Assembly: GCA_964106645.2 (NCBI GenBank) | Contig: OZ067049.1 | Source: Podarcis pityusensis | Lineage: Eukaryota | Reading direction: 5' to 3' (one strand) | Length of the DNA: 64,000 nucleotides | Shown here: piece after piece, positions 52,886 to 64,000 of the stretch | Layout of the letters: every line of letters starts with the position of its first letter | Numbering within the stretch: the stretch's first letter is position 1 | Translations under genes and position numbers: made by a program | Notes under the pieces: generated by a model | The model's database searches: none | Told to the model about the DNA's origin: nothing | The model's input: the letters and a program-made list of their open reading frames with translations, nothing else

Positions 52886-53704
52886 ACGTGTGAAAACAAA
52901 AGCGAAGTATCCCAAAACAACTTTGTGAGTTGGTAACCTTGTTTGCATCGTCTGTCTCTGGAGACAATGGAAGAGTGCACCTTCGGTGGTGAAGTCAAAC
53001 CGTGGGAGAGTTACAGCGCCTGCTGTGGTTGTAGAGCCCGTTAAAGGGAGAGACATGTTTTGTTGCAGCTGGGGCAGATGAAGGCGTCCGGTTGTGCTGC
53101 TGCATACATCCAACATTATACCCTCTGTAGGAAATGTTATCTGCTGCTAAGACCGCGTACGCAGGACATAATATGCATGTATATGCAAGTATGTGGTGGG
53201 TATTTTAAAGATTTATACGCTGCCATTCAACAATTGAAGTAGCATTACAAAAATTAGCTGAAAATGACAGCAAAGCAGGGTAATCATAAAAAACATACAA
53301 CCAATGAAACTAAGCATTATCCTATTCTTCAGGATGAAGTCCCAGTGTAGGACTTACTTATGAGAAAAACATGTTTTAGGATCTTACTACTGTGCAACCG
53401 AAATTCTAAAAAGAGTTGATGCATGAATAGGATTGTACTGTTAAAAAAAAAAAGTGCAAGGCGGAAGAGCTAATGCTGATCTACCCAACTCCAAGTCATT
53501 GTTGCAAGCAAGCCCGCTAGCGGTCTGCAAGTGCACACAGCGAAGAGGCTACGGGTGCAAGCTACTTACTCTACATCATTCCCAAATATAGGGTTACAGA
53601 CAGCAGCCATAAGATTTATTTTGTGGACAGGGCGGCAAATATGGCATCGCCGGATATAGAGGATGAGGAAGGAAGTCTCGTTGCTTTCAGGGAAATTTAC
53701 TTCC

Positions 53705-53783
53705 CATCATTGCCTATTCAGAAATAATCCTCAGTGGGTTCAATGGGACTTATTTCCAGGTGATGTGTGTCGGATTGCAACCT
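53705..53783. repeat. Palindromic element family A copy
   Basis: cctattcagaaataatcctcagtgg / ttcaatgggacttatttccagg...ggattgcaacc. Confidence 0.6.
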
Positions 53784-56700
53784 AAGTATATTAAAAATAA
53801 ATAAATTAAAATTGCTTGACTTCTGCAGTCGCCCCATATTGCGGATTTTCCTCGCGACAAAATAAGATTTGGGAGGGAAAGGGGTGTTATACTTCTTTGG
53901 AGGAGTCTAAGAGTGCAGGCGCGCCCTTTACGCAGTAGCCGAGAGCTCCACCCACTCTAGGAATGGCCTGTGGGGGGGGGAGCTGAATTGGGGGGAGGGC
54001 AGGCTTATCCTATGTCAGCGCAAAAAGTGGTGGCTTGTAGCACTGTCTTTTGGCTATGGAGTAGCCAGCAGCTTATGCCAAGTCGCCAATCCGCCCCCGC
54101 CCCCCGATTAATGTGAAAACGTACACAAGATGCGCCCCCTCTGAAGAGGGGAGTGCAACCTTTTCATTGCAACCTGGCTTTGAAGTCGCCCCCTCCCCAC
54201 GTCTATCCCAGGCGAGCGGAACTGGCAGGTCTTGAATGAACCCTGCTTTGAAAGCGAGAAGAGATTGCGGCGAAGCACCGGACCAGATCCAGGCAGTGAT
54301 CTCACTGCTTTCTCTGATCTGTGAGCTGGCAAAAAAGGAGGAGGGGGTGCTGTGGTTCATTCACAAAAAAGTGTTGGAAGGAAGAGGATAGTCCTCCTAT
54401 AGCGTGGGAGGGGGGGCAGCCTCGAAGGTAGCCCTGAACCCGGCAGAATCGCCTGTGACGCTGCGCCATGAATATTGCATTAGATGCCTCTACATATAGG
54501 CAAATGCCAAGCCCTCCTCTGCAAAACTTCCCCCTCCAATGGCTGTCCTTCTTCGGGAGAGAAATAGCGATGCTGCCCGAAGAGCCTCTCCTCCCCTTCG
54601 CCTTCCCGCGAGCTGCTTCTATCAATGAAAGCTGTTTGCACGTGGACTGGCTCAACGCGCCCATCCGCGCCGAGCTACTGCGGCTTCCAGCTCGCAAAGC
54701 AGCGGATCCGCTGAAGTTGAGTCAGGCGGACCGGCAAAACCAAAAGATATAAGAAGCAGGAAAGCAAACGTGTTGCATTTAGGCCGAGTTCAAAATACAC
54801 AACACGAACCGCAGCCCAATTAAGACAAAATCAATACGATGTGAAATAACTCCAATACTGGTGTTGTAATTTCGCCGAGTTATGGATCGGCTTAGAAAAG
54901 CCGTTCGCTTCAAAAAAATCTCTTAAAATACTGCTATAAAAAAGCGGGGTTATCTGTACCCAAACTTTACCTACTTATAGTGTTTTTATCGATCTTATGT
55001 TGACAATTATATAAAAAGCAATGAAGTATCTTATTTTCTTTGGAGGAAAATCCATCAACCCGACCCGCATCTCATTTATATCAGTCTCCCCTTGATTAAA
55101 CTGGAAGATTATGGCTTAAATACATTGTGGATCGCAGCTCTAGACCGTCTTTGTTTGCTTCCTTGTTTTTAAGTTACCGACTTTTTTCTTGCTTGGAAAA
55201 TAAATAGTTTTGTATTTCCCATGATTAACACTCAGGTCCTGAGAATACTTACTTTAGATATTTAATTCATTCATTCGCAGTAGCCAAAGCAAAAGAATAA
55301 TATATGTGAATATTGTTAATTTAAATATATTAACAATTATTTAAGTTTTGGAACGACATTCATTCACTTTAACGGGCTGCATTTTCTACATATGGACAGC
55401 AAAAATTAACAAGAATATTGCAGGATCAAAACTCCATGCGATCCTATACAACTCGATCCTATACAAAGACTGGGAAGCAAAAAATTCATTTGTGTTGAAT
55501 GAAACATCTTGGTTTTTTTCCAAGCGTCTGCTCAGGTCATATGATAATAAATGGAAACGAAACCTGCCCAAATTTGAGACGATTGTCTGTAATGTGTGGG
55601 AGGGGCATATTGGATAAGAGATAGAATTGTGAGTTTTTGAGGAGCACTCTGATAATTCTTAACACACCTTCTGTACCAAAGTATTCTATATGAATTCCAG
55701 ATTTTTGGGTGGTGTGGGGGGGTCTAACGACTAAGCATGGGGAGGAGAATAATAGCCCAGGGAAAGACCGGTTATTGAGGATCGAATTGAGACTTTCCCA
55801 TCCTAAACAAATTCCATGGAAGTAAAGAAATGCTCCCGGGCATCAGAGTATAGGAAAATGTTTTACGACAGACTGATGGACAACAAACTTAGCTGAAGCA
55901 AACCTCAGGGCAACCAGTGGGCCTGTGGGGATATGTTTAGGATTGCAGGTTTAAATGATAGGCAAGCATGGTTCCCTTTGTAAAACTACCGTTGGCTGCA
56001 ATCCTTTAATGTACTCTGCCTGGAAGTTAGTCGCACCAAACTCAGGGCTAATTTTATCGCTGCAGACTTGCACAGGATCCGGCTGCGCGGTTCATTGGTG
56101 CTGAAAAGGATGCAGAAATGGAAACACCAAGCAAGGTGGATGTTGTCATTTCCAGGCGTGAGGATTTAGCGCTATTGGGTTTTTTGTTGTTGTTAGTTTT
56201 GCTATCTTCCCTCGCCGTCAAATATCCCCCACAAAAAAGATATTTGGGAAAGTTTGTATCTGTTTGAAAGCTTGCAGCCCCATTCACTATCCTTTGAAAC
56301 TACGTATAGCGCTTGGATATTAACCACAAGCACTCCAATCCTAAGCATGTTTCTTTGGAAGCAAGCCCCCTTGTGTTGAATAGGGTTAATTTCCGAAATT
56401 AGCATTGGGGTGGGTTAGTATCCCTGACTGCAATAGAGCTCTAAGGACTTAAACCCAGGTCCTCCTGAACCCCGGTCTGCCCTAAATGTGCGCTTTTCAA
56501 GCGAAGTCGGGGAGTTAAAGGGATTGTGGGGTTCGTGTAGCAAGCAATAGCGCCCTATCCTAAAGTCGTTTCATGGGACTTTGATTCTGCCCTTAGGATC
56601 GCAGGTTGGATGGATTTGGAAATCCAGCTGGGTTCTTCAGTGGCAGGTTCTTATCGAAGCCTGGCAGGGTCGAGTAACTTCTTCAGAAACAAGACCAGTT

Positions 56701-57157
56701 GGGCCGCCACCCCAGTAAAGCGAAGTAAGGGGCAATGTTTCCCTACAGAGAGATTAGACCCATTCCCTGAGGTGAGTGCTACCCAGCACCTTGCGAGGCA
56801 GGGAGAGGTCTGCCTCTCGGGTTCCGTGGCGCTAATGGACCGTAGTCTGCGTTCTCTGTAGTACGTCAAATACAATCTGTTTGGGTTTTACTTAAAAAAA
56901 TAAATAAATTAACGTGTGGAAAATCACTTCGAATTTTTATACCAGTTGTGGCTGCATTGACATCTCTAAAAAGCTGCCAGAATCTAGTTCTCATCTGAGC
57001 TGTTAGAATTGCGGCGGATCTAATGAAACCGAGGTGCGAATTCGAATTTTCCATTCCAAAACATGCCCAAAATATTCTTTCTATATGTTATGCATATCTT
57101 ATGAGATGGAAACTAGAAAAATCTGCGAATGAAAGGACAGATCGTGTTACTGTGCAG

Positions 57158-57285
57158 TGTGTCTACTGAGAAGTCGCACCCATTGAATTAAATTGGATTT
57201 ATTCCCACATAAGAGGTTTGCAGCCTAGGAGTGAGTGAGCCCCGTTCAAGTCACTAGGGCTTACTTCTGAGTAGACAGGGTTAAA
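57158..57285. repeat. Two abutting partial family A copies
   Basis: gtctactgagaagt...cccattgaattaaattggatttattccc, then agggcttacttctgagtagaca. Confidence 0.55.
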
Positions 57286-58399
57286 CTTCTACTGTAAATC
57301 GAGCTGCAAGTGCACAAACCCTGGCTAGAATCCCACCCCCCGCCCCCACGGTCTTAAACAGCTGGAAAGTAATGTTTGGAAGACCATAAAAGTTGATTAT
57401 CTGGTGTGGCAGTTGGAACAGAAATCAGGCCGTTAATGAGAGCAAGGACTGCTTCTGTCTCCCAGTAACTACCGAGGTGTAAATCCAAAGGAGTTTAAGG
57501 GAATTAGCTACATTTGTGGGAAGTCCAGGACGAGATTCCTTTTCCTTTTCCAAGACTCTGTTAATACTCCAGCTGGTATAGAATTGCTCGACTCTACCGT
57601 CACAACAGAAACTGTTTTGTCTATAAGGATTAGTTCTTCTAAACCCTAGGAAAAACACACGAAACTTTATGCAAGACCCTTAAAAATGACGAGCAGGGCG
57701 CTGGGAGGATACAGAGTAAAGAGCTTGTGCGAAAGAAGCAAGTTTTGCGCATATTTTAAGATTTCTCTCGCTCTTTTAGGTCTTCGACTAGAAAAGTAAC
57801 AAAAGAAAAAAGAAATGCAAGTTCCCAAGACTTAAACCAGTCTTCTGCTGTAAATATACTTTAAAAGACAGACGAAATTATTATCACGATTGGAACAATA
57901 TGATTTGGTTAAGTTAAAAGAAACATAATAGTGTTTCTTTCTTTCGTATTTCGCTCGAAAGCAATGGTTTTTCTTTCATGTATTAAAGGTAATGCGTTAC
58001 AGTGTTTTACTGAACAGGCACCGTTCTAGCAGTGTTTATGTTCAGGCGAAACTTAATAGTATTTGGGGGGGGACAGAGTTGCCCCATATTTGAATTCTGT
58101 ATCGACTGCTAATGTAAAGTCAGATTATATCCAGTGCACAAAGTTTATCTCTCACTTCTCCAAGAAGGATCACTATGAAATTATTTTTAATATAGCCACC
58201 TTGTTCCACAGAGGCATGTGCCCTTTGAAGATGAATGTGCAATTATATATGTTACCCTTGAACAATTACGTCACACAATATATACTTTAAGATAAGCAAA
58301 TAATCTCGGATAGTTCTCATTTTATAAGGAATTTTTTTTGCTTGAGATGTATGCATATAGACCGAAAGTCTGAGAAGTTGATAAGAACTTCAGGAAGAG

Positions 58400-58453
58400 G
58401 ATAGATAGCTAGATAGTTAGCTCGATAGCTAGAGAGCTAGATAGCCAGATAGA
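58400..58453. repeat. Degenerate (GATA/GCTA)n microsatellite
   Basis: gatagatagctagatagttagctcgatagctagagagctagatagccagataga. Confidence 0.85.
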
Positions 58454-59654
58454 AAATTTGATGGACGGAGAGAGAGTTTAATTTGTGTGGGAGACAAGGT
58501 TACATAGAACAACGTATCAGAAGCTATTGATAGAAATAGCAAGGGATAACGTATTTTGGAGCAAATATAGTTTTCTTCCTTGTTTTATGCCGCAGCCTGA
58601 AGCTGATTCAAGACTTTATCTGTATTGAAATATGTTCCCCATTTCCTATTTCTCTCTCCCCACAGCCACGGTTTGGAATGACCACGTTTCTCTTCCTCAT
58701 GCGGAGGAAGAATCTAGTGTCCCTAGATGTCTCTGTCCTTCATATCCCCTGTATACCTTGGGTCAGCAGGAAATCGTAAATATGCTTTGTCACCCCCAAA
58801 ACGCATTTTGTACATTATCTGTGTTAATAGGGAATTTGCTGTTAATAGCCTTTCGCTACACACTCACACACTGTACATACACACGCACACACACACAAGC
58901 GCGCACATCGGAAGTCCAAGAGCCACTTCTCCTATTCCGAAGAGAATCCTAAAATACTGTAAAAGTGAGCGCAGCTGACTAAGGACCTATAAAAATAATC
59001 TCTGTGTACCTTTACGGGCCAATTCAATCTTATACACCTAGAACCGGCTGGATGTGGATCATCAAACTTGGAAGGATGGACTGAGAGAAGAAGCAATATC
59101 ATGCATGTTTGGCACACGTAGAGAAGTACCCTGACCCCCTAGTAGCTGGGGATTACTTCTCAATTAAAAGTTATTTGCGAAAGGAACACCTGGTCAGACT
59201 TCTCCTAAGGTGGATCACTTTTTGAAATGCTGCATTGTCTTGCTAAGACAGTTCCGATTTACCTGAATGAGAACGCTGTTTTACCCTAAATTACGTATAT
59301 TGTATCCTATGGCACTTGTTGTGCTGTCTTATATTTCCAACCAGTGGAAATGAATCCCAGGTAATGCGTTTAAGATCAAGGTACATTTGCTTCTTTTGTT
59401 TTTGTTTAATGTTTTATTGCATTCTAGTTCCGAATGTTATTGCTGTGTTCTATACTTGTAAGCCGCTTTGAGTATATGACCGTAGAGAAAGGTGAGTTAC
59501 AAAGCTGAAAAATGAACGCATGGATGGTCTGAAACATCTGATTTACAAATAAAGACCACTGGTATTTTTATGACGTTTTCAGACGAAGGTACTATTTAGG
59601 ATGAAGTTGTCAAGTAAAGGGGCCTAATTTATTTGTGGACCGGGCTGCTGGACT

Positions 59655-59709
59655 ACACATGCCTACTCAGAAGTAACTCTTATTGAATTCAATGAGGATT
59701 ACTCATGGG
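59655..59709. repeat. Palindromic element family A copy truncated by the assembly gap
   Basis: cctactcagaagtaactcttattgaa / ttcaatgaggattact. Confidence 0.7.
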
Positions 59710-59862
59710 NNNNNNNNNNNNNNNNNNNNNNNNNNNNNNNNNNNNNNNNNNNNNNNNNNNNNNNNNNNNNNNNNNNNNNNNNNNNNNNNNNNNNNNNNNN
59801 NNNNNNNNNNNNNNNNNNNNNNNNNNNNNNNNNNNNNNNNNNNNNNNNNNNNNNNNNNNNNN
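59710..59862. other. Assembly gap (153 N)
   Basis: Run of N. Confidence 1.
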
Positions 59863-60134
59863 AGGGTAATAACAATGACCCTTAAGAAAACGATTTTGCT
59901 GTTTTCCGTCTTGCTGTTCGACTACATTCACTCTGAATTTCTCCCCTCTTTGTCTTAGGTACAGAGTTGATTTATTGTTGATTTCGATACCACAGCCAAA
60001 GCAATATATATTACTTTTTTTCTAACATACAAAATACATACGATCCCCCACCACCACCTTTCACTCTATTCTGCTTGGAGTGTTGATTCCAAACTGTTTG
60101 CAAAACCGGCTTAAAGTAACTTCTTGTCTTGTAG

Positions 60135-60176
60135 ATCTGTTTCATGGCAATCGCCATTGAGCTGTTCACTTTGAAG
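60135..60176 (+). other. Candidate 42-nt exon
   Basis: Acceptor taacttcttgtcttgtag, donor AAG|gtaact; only phase 0 is open (ICFMAIAIELFTLK). Confidence 0.3.
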
Positions 60177-61636
60177 GTAACTCCATGGCTTGCGGGATGC
60201 ATGTGCCTGTGTACTGGATGTGGATGTTTCCCAAACCCAACATACTTAGCGCTCGATCTGACCTTTCACCAACTACCTTAAAATGTGGGTTTTTCTGTGA
60301 AGGTGTTCGGGGTATTCCAGGCATTTTGTGAGATGGAAATCTGATAAAACACTGCGAAATTTGGTGTACACCAACTACAATATTGGCCATATTTTCGCGT
60401 TTTGTTACAGAAATAGGGTTGCAAAAGCGTGTTTGTGTTTTTTATTTATTTAAAACAATATATGATTGATTCTTGTTTTGACCAGGTTCTCCTTTTCCCC
60501 TCCTGAATGTTGGACCCTAAAGGTCCCAGGCTACAAGGCAGATCTCTGCAGATTCTGCTAAGCCTTGCCTTTATTCTCTCCTCAACCCCACTCCCAAAAA
60601 ACCCTTTTATGAATTAGCTTCAGAAGGATCAGGGCATCTCCTCTGACGCTGCCACAGACGAGCCCAGAGAAAGTCTGATCTGTCTGATTGCTTTCATTAC
60701 TTGTAACTTTCACCACATCAGCCAGTACAAGCTGTTAGAGACAAGGTTAGCGGAGTCACGATACAAATCGTCTCGCTTTAGCCCGCCTGTAGGATGACAG
60801 TCCAGCGTTTCCCACAGAACTGCAGGACAGTCTGTGATACCCGTGGGTCTCCTCTTCCTTCTTCCACCGGTGGGGCAGTCCTGGCAGGGAGGGAAGTGTT
60901 GTTCACCTGGCTTCTCAACTCTTCCGCAGGTCCCTGCCGGTTACCGAGAGGGGGAGGGGCAAGGCAGCGGGGTTCCCTTTCTTTCTTGGTGACCGGCAGC
61001 GACCTGAGGCAGAATTGGGAAGCCAGGTAAGCAACGCCTGGCAGGCCGCTACTGATACGCCCACTGTAAGGCAACTGCAGGGCCAGTGAAGCCTCAACAG
61101 TCAAGCTAAGAACGACTTTCTCTGCAAGGAATGTGTGCTAGCGAAAGTAAAAACAAACTGTCCCGGCCCAACTAGTTCCTGATTGATATGTTGGGTGTGG
61201 CTCATATAAGTTCCCTAGTAAAAGAAACTGCGTTGGTAAAGGCTGCAGCCCTCGACGCCAGTTGATGAGTGTATTTGGATTAGGCTCCAATTCGAAATAT
61301 ATTGACCGGAAGGACCTCAATCCCATTGACTCCATTGAAGTGTATTTCCGAGAAATACGGTTAGGGTAGAAGAGTAAATGGTTTTAAAGCCAGATATTCT
61401 GGTTTAAGTGGGTTGTGGATTAGTCTAAAAAGGTGACGGTGTGCTCAAGACAAATTGACATCAACGTATTTACTGGACAGGAAATACACGTATTAAAAAT
61501 CTCCAGATGAAGATTTGCGTCACAATCACCTTATCTTCTCTTTCGATAGTAGAAACTGGAACAGCTCCAACTTCTCAAAACAAATTTCCTGGTCTCTTCT
61601 TATGACAATTTACAATTATAAACATCTTCAACACTT

Positions 61637-61709
61637 ATTATAATATTATATTATATTATATTATATTATATTATATTATATTATATTATATTATATTATA
61701 TTATATTAT
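61637..61709. repeat. (TATAT)n microsatellite
   Basis: Direct reading. Confidence 0.95.
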
Positions 61710-63468
61710 AACTTCATTTTGAAACAAAACTTGTTGCACAGAGCTTTTAAGAATAAAATAGACATAATGTTTAGGTATTTTGGAAAATAGGCTCGACTAA
61801 TTTTTCCAAGACTCCCCACTACCACCCCATTCTTTCTCCCAGAATTCCCTATCGTTGCTGTCTTTTTGCGGGGGAGGGGAATAAAACTGGGATTTAAGCC
61901 AAACGAAGAGTCCATTGCAATAATTGTTTTGTGTACAGCCTTTGTTAATCATCTGCCTTGGACTTTACCGAAGGAATTCTTCGCCTGTAGTCGAGTATTT
62001 AGTACCTCGAGGTAATTTTAGCAAATAGAAATGTTAAAGTGTGGTCAGCGCTAAGTGACAAGAAGTGTTACTTGATACGTTGGGCAGCTAATGTTTACTT
62101 CAAGATATTTTAAGCTCAAGTCAATAACTTGGGGTCCGCCCTGAAGGGAAATATTTGAAGTGCAACACCTTGGACACGTTTAATTATGGGGTACGAGGAA
62201 AGCCAGGTCTTCCCAGTAATTAGAAAATACTTCTTGGGAGACAGCCTAATCGCTTTCCATGGGGCTCTTAAAGAAATTAACCTCAAGGTGCTTGTTAGAG
62301 CACAAACCCTTTAGATCAGGGATACTTGATCTCTTTGTGTGCCCAGATACTGTAAATTATACAGGATTTTAAAAATTGTGGTGGGGGCAAAAATTCAAAC
62401 AGAAATCAGTATCACATTTTGGATCACGCAAAAGCAACAGTTAAAGAAAGTCGTAGAAATGAGACTCTGAGTTACAGAAAGATAAAATCTTCCAGATTAC
62501 TTTCCGCTAACTCCAAAATGTTCAAAAATTTGGAGGCTACTATTGTTTATTTAAACGGGGCTCACTTCCAATTACCAGCGTGTGGGGACTTGACGTGCTC
62601 GCCCAATTTAAGCAACCTATTTATTTTAAAATTCACAATACTGCATTGAGCAACGCAGTTTGCTGAAATGACTTGTGTCTTAAACCCCCACCCCCAAGTA
62701 TTTTGCATTCCCCAGCTGAGTCCAGCTGTCGAGCGCTAAAAATAGTCCAGCATTACCAATGCTAAAATGTTTTTTTTTTTTTAAAGCAAGCAAACAGACC
62801 CGCAGACAACACTAAACAGCACGGATAAATACTCGATGAGAGAGATGTAGTACGTTAGTATATGTTTGTGAGGCTTTTTATCTTCTTGTCTTCAGCTGAG
62901 ACTTCCGAAAGGTCTGCTTGATTTGCTACCCCCAATTTTTGCTCCCTTTTAATCTAAAGCAATTCCAGGATTAATCACCACCACAGGACGCCCCAAAGAA
63001 AAAAGAAGTCCGAAGCCTACCACCAGGGCAAGACCGGTGGAGACTCAGCGAGAGGGGAGTTAGGGACCCAGCCTTCCACCCACCTACCCCGCCGCCGCCA
63101 GCTCCTTGCCCTCGGGGCCGCTGGCCTCCCGATCCTCGCGTCTTGCTCTCTCCCACCCCTTCCCAGGTTTTCTGTCCCGGCTTTGCCTAACCCTGCTTTC
63201 CCTTCTTTCCACCCAACCTCTAGGGTTCCCCGCACTTGCAACTGGCCTCCGAGAGAGAAGGCGAAAAGCGCTGAGTGGCCCGCCTCAGGGTGGGCAACGT
63301 CTGCCTTGGAAATCTTAAAAAGGGGCAGGAGCAGCTGCCTGGACGCCGCCGTGGATGTTTTGGCTTCATTTTTGTCTTTGGCGCTGACTGGATCATGTGC
63401 CGTCACTCTCCAGCCCCTCCCCCATCGTCAGAGTTTGTTGACAAAAGCTTTTCTTTTGCTTTCTTAAG

Positions 63469-63772
63469 GTTGTTGTTCTCATCACCATCATCACCATCAC
63501 CATCGCTTTCTCCTCCTCGGCTGGTTTATGGTGTGTGTTTAAAGCTGCACTCACCCTCCAGCGTTTCAGTGACCTTTGGGTGACTTTCACAAATTCAAGA
63601 GCAGCCAAGCAAAGATCCCGCGGATGGCATGGAAGAGATGGTTATTTTGGTTCTGTCTGCAGGCAGAGTGTTTAGCGGGAGGTTTGGGGAGGAAAAAATC
63701 CTTCGCAGGCCGAAGGAGGAGACGCTCAAGGAAAGGGCTGGCCCCGTGGAGGGGGCCTTCTTTGCAACTCCG
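63469..63772 (+). other. Candidate 304-nt exon (lncRNA, or 5'UTR plus first coding exon)
   Basis: Acceptor ttttcttttgctttcttaag|G and donor CCG|gtgagg, downstream of a CpG island; ATGs at 63624 and 63629 both stay open to the donor. Confidence 0.35.
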
Positions 63773-64000
63773 GTGAGGAGCACTCCTTGCAGACTCCAGA
63801 CAGACCTTAATGCAACATTTAGAGTTCTTATTATTTAGATTTTTAAAAAAAGATTAAAAATGGGAGGGCTGTATCTATTCCGTGTGTGTGTGTGTTAGTG
63901 TGTGAATACCCCTATCGCTTGATTATTTTGATTAGAGCTGCTTGGGGGAAGGGGGACTCTCACGTCCTCCTGCCTGTCAATGGGAAACCTCTCTGTTTAA

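Larger units (their letters stand above)
50200..64000. promoter_or_regulatory. Second CpG-enriched domain with several CpG islands
   Basis: CpG density rises at ~50.2 kb; dense patches at ~53.9-54.9, 60.7-61.3 and 63.0-63.8 kb; no long LINEs. Confidence 0.7.

Noticed and set aside
56085-56110. REST/NRSE-like motif (also near 44810 and 41125)
   Set aside because: Only the TCAGCACC half matches; the right half and spacing deviate.
59683-59958. ORFs spanning the N-run
   Set aside because: Artefacts of the assembly gap.
63470-63505. (CATCAC)n as a poly-histidine tract of a transcription factor
   Set aside because: The His frame is not part of a long ORF in the track and no DNA-binding domain follows; treated as a simple repeat.
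1-64000. Prokaryote-style systems (CRISPR array, operon, defence island, retron)
   Set aside because: The sequence is vertebrate. The palindromic repeats are dispersed and irregularly spaced, with no repeat-spacer periodicity, and the only clear RT is a decayed L1.

Overview
Eukaryotic (vertebrate) DNA, almost certainly a squamate and probably a lacertid-type lizard, judged from two Sauria SINEs with ACCTTT-type tails and typical lizard MITEs. I can recognise no intact host protein-coding gene, rRNA, tRNA or miRNA, and most ORFs in the supplied track look like chance ORFs. The window has four zones: (i) 1-8 kb, repeats including a 5'-truncated, decayed L1-clade LINE; (ii) about 8-19 kb, CpG-rich with promoter/enhancer-like motifs; (iii) about 19-50 kb, AT-rich and full of transposon relics (Sauria SINEs, CR1, L2, Penelope, hAT and Tc1/mariner MITEs, several nested); (iv) about 50-64 kb, CpG-rich again, with candidate spliced exons near the right end. 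This layout resembles the regulatory flank of a developmental gene lying outside the window (inference). I cannot support a new multi-gene system. The most unusual signals are a ~85-bp palindromic repeat concentrated in the CpG-rich zones, a three-step nested insertion preserving a TA-CAG-TA excision footprint, an L1 whose RT catalytic motif is deleted in frame, and two candidate exons (42 nt and 304 nt).
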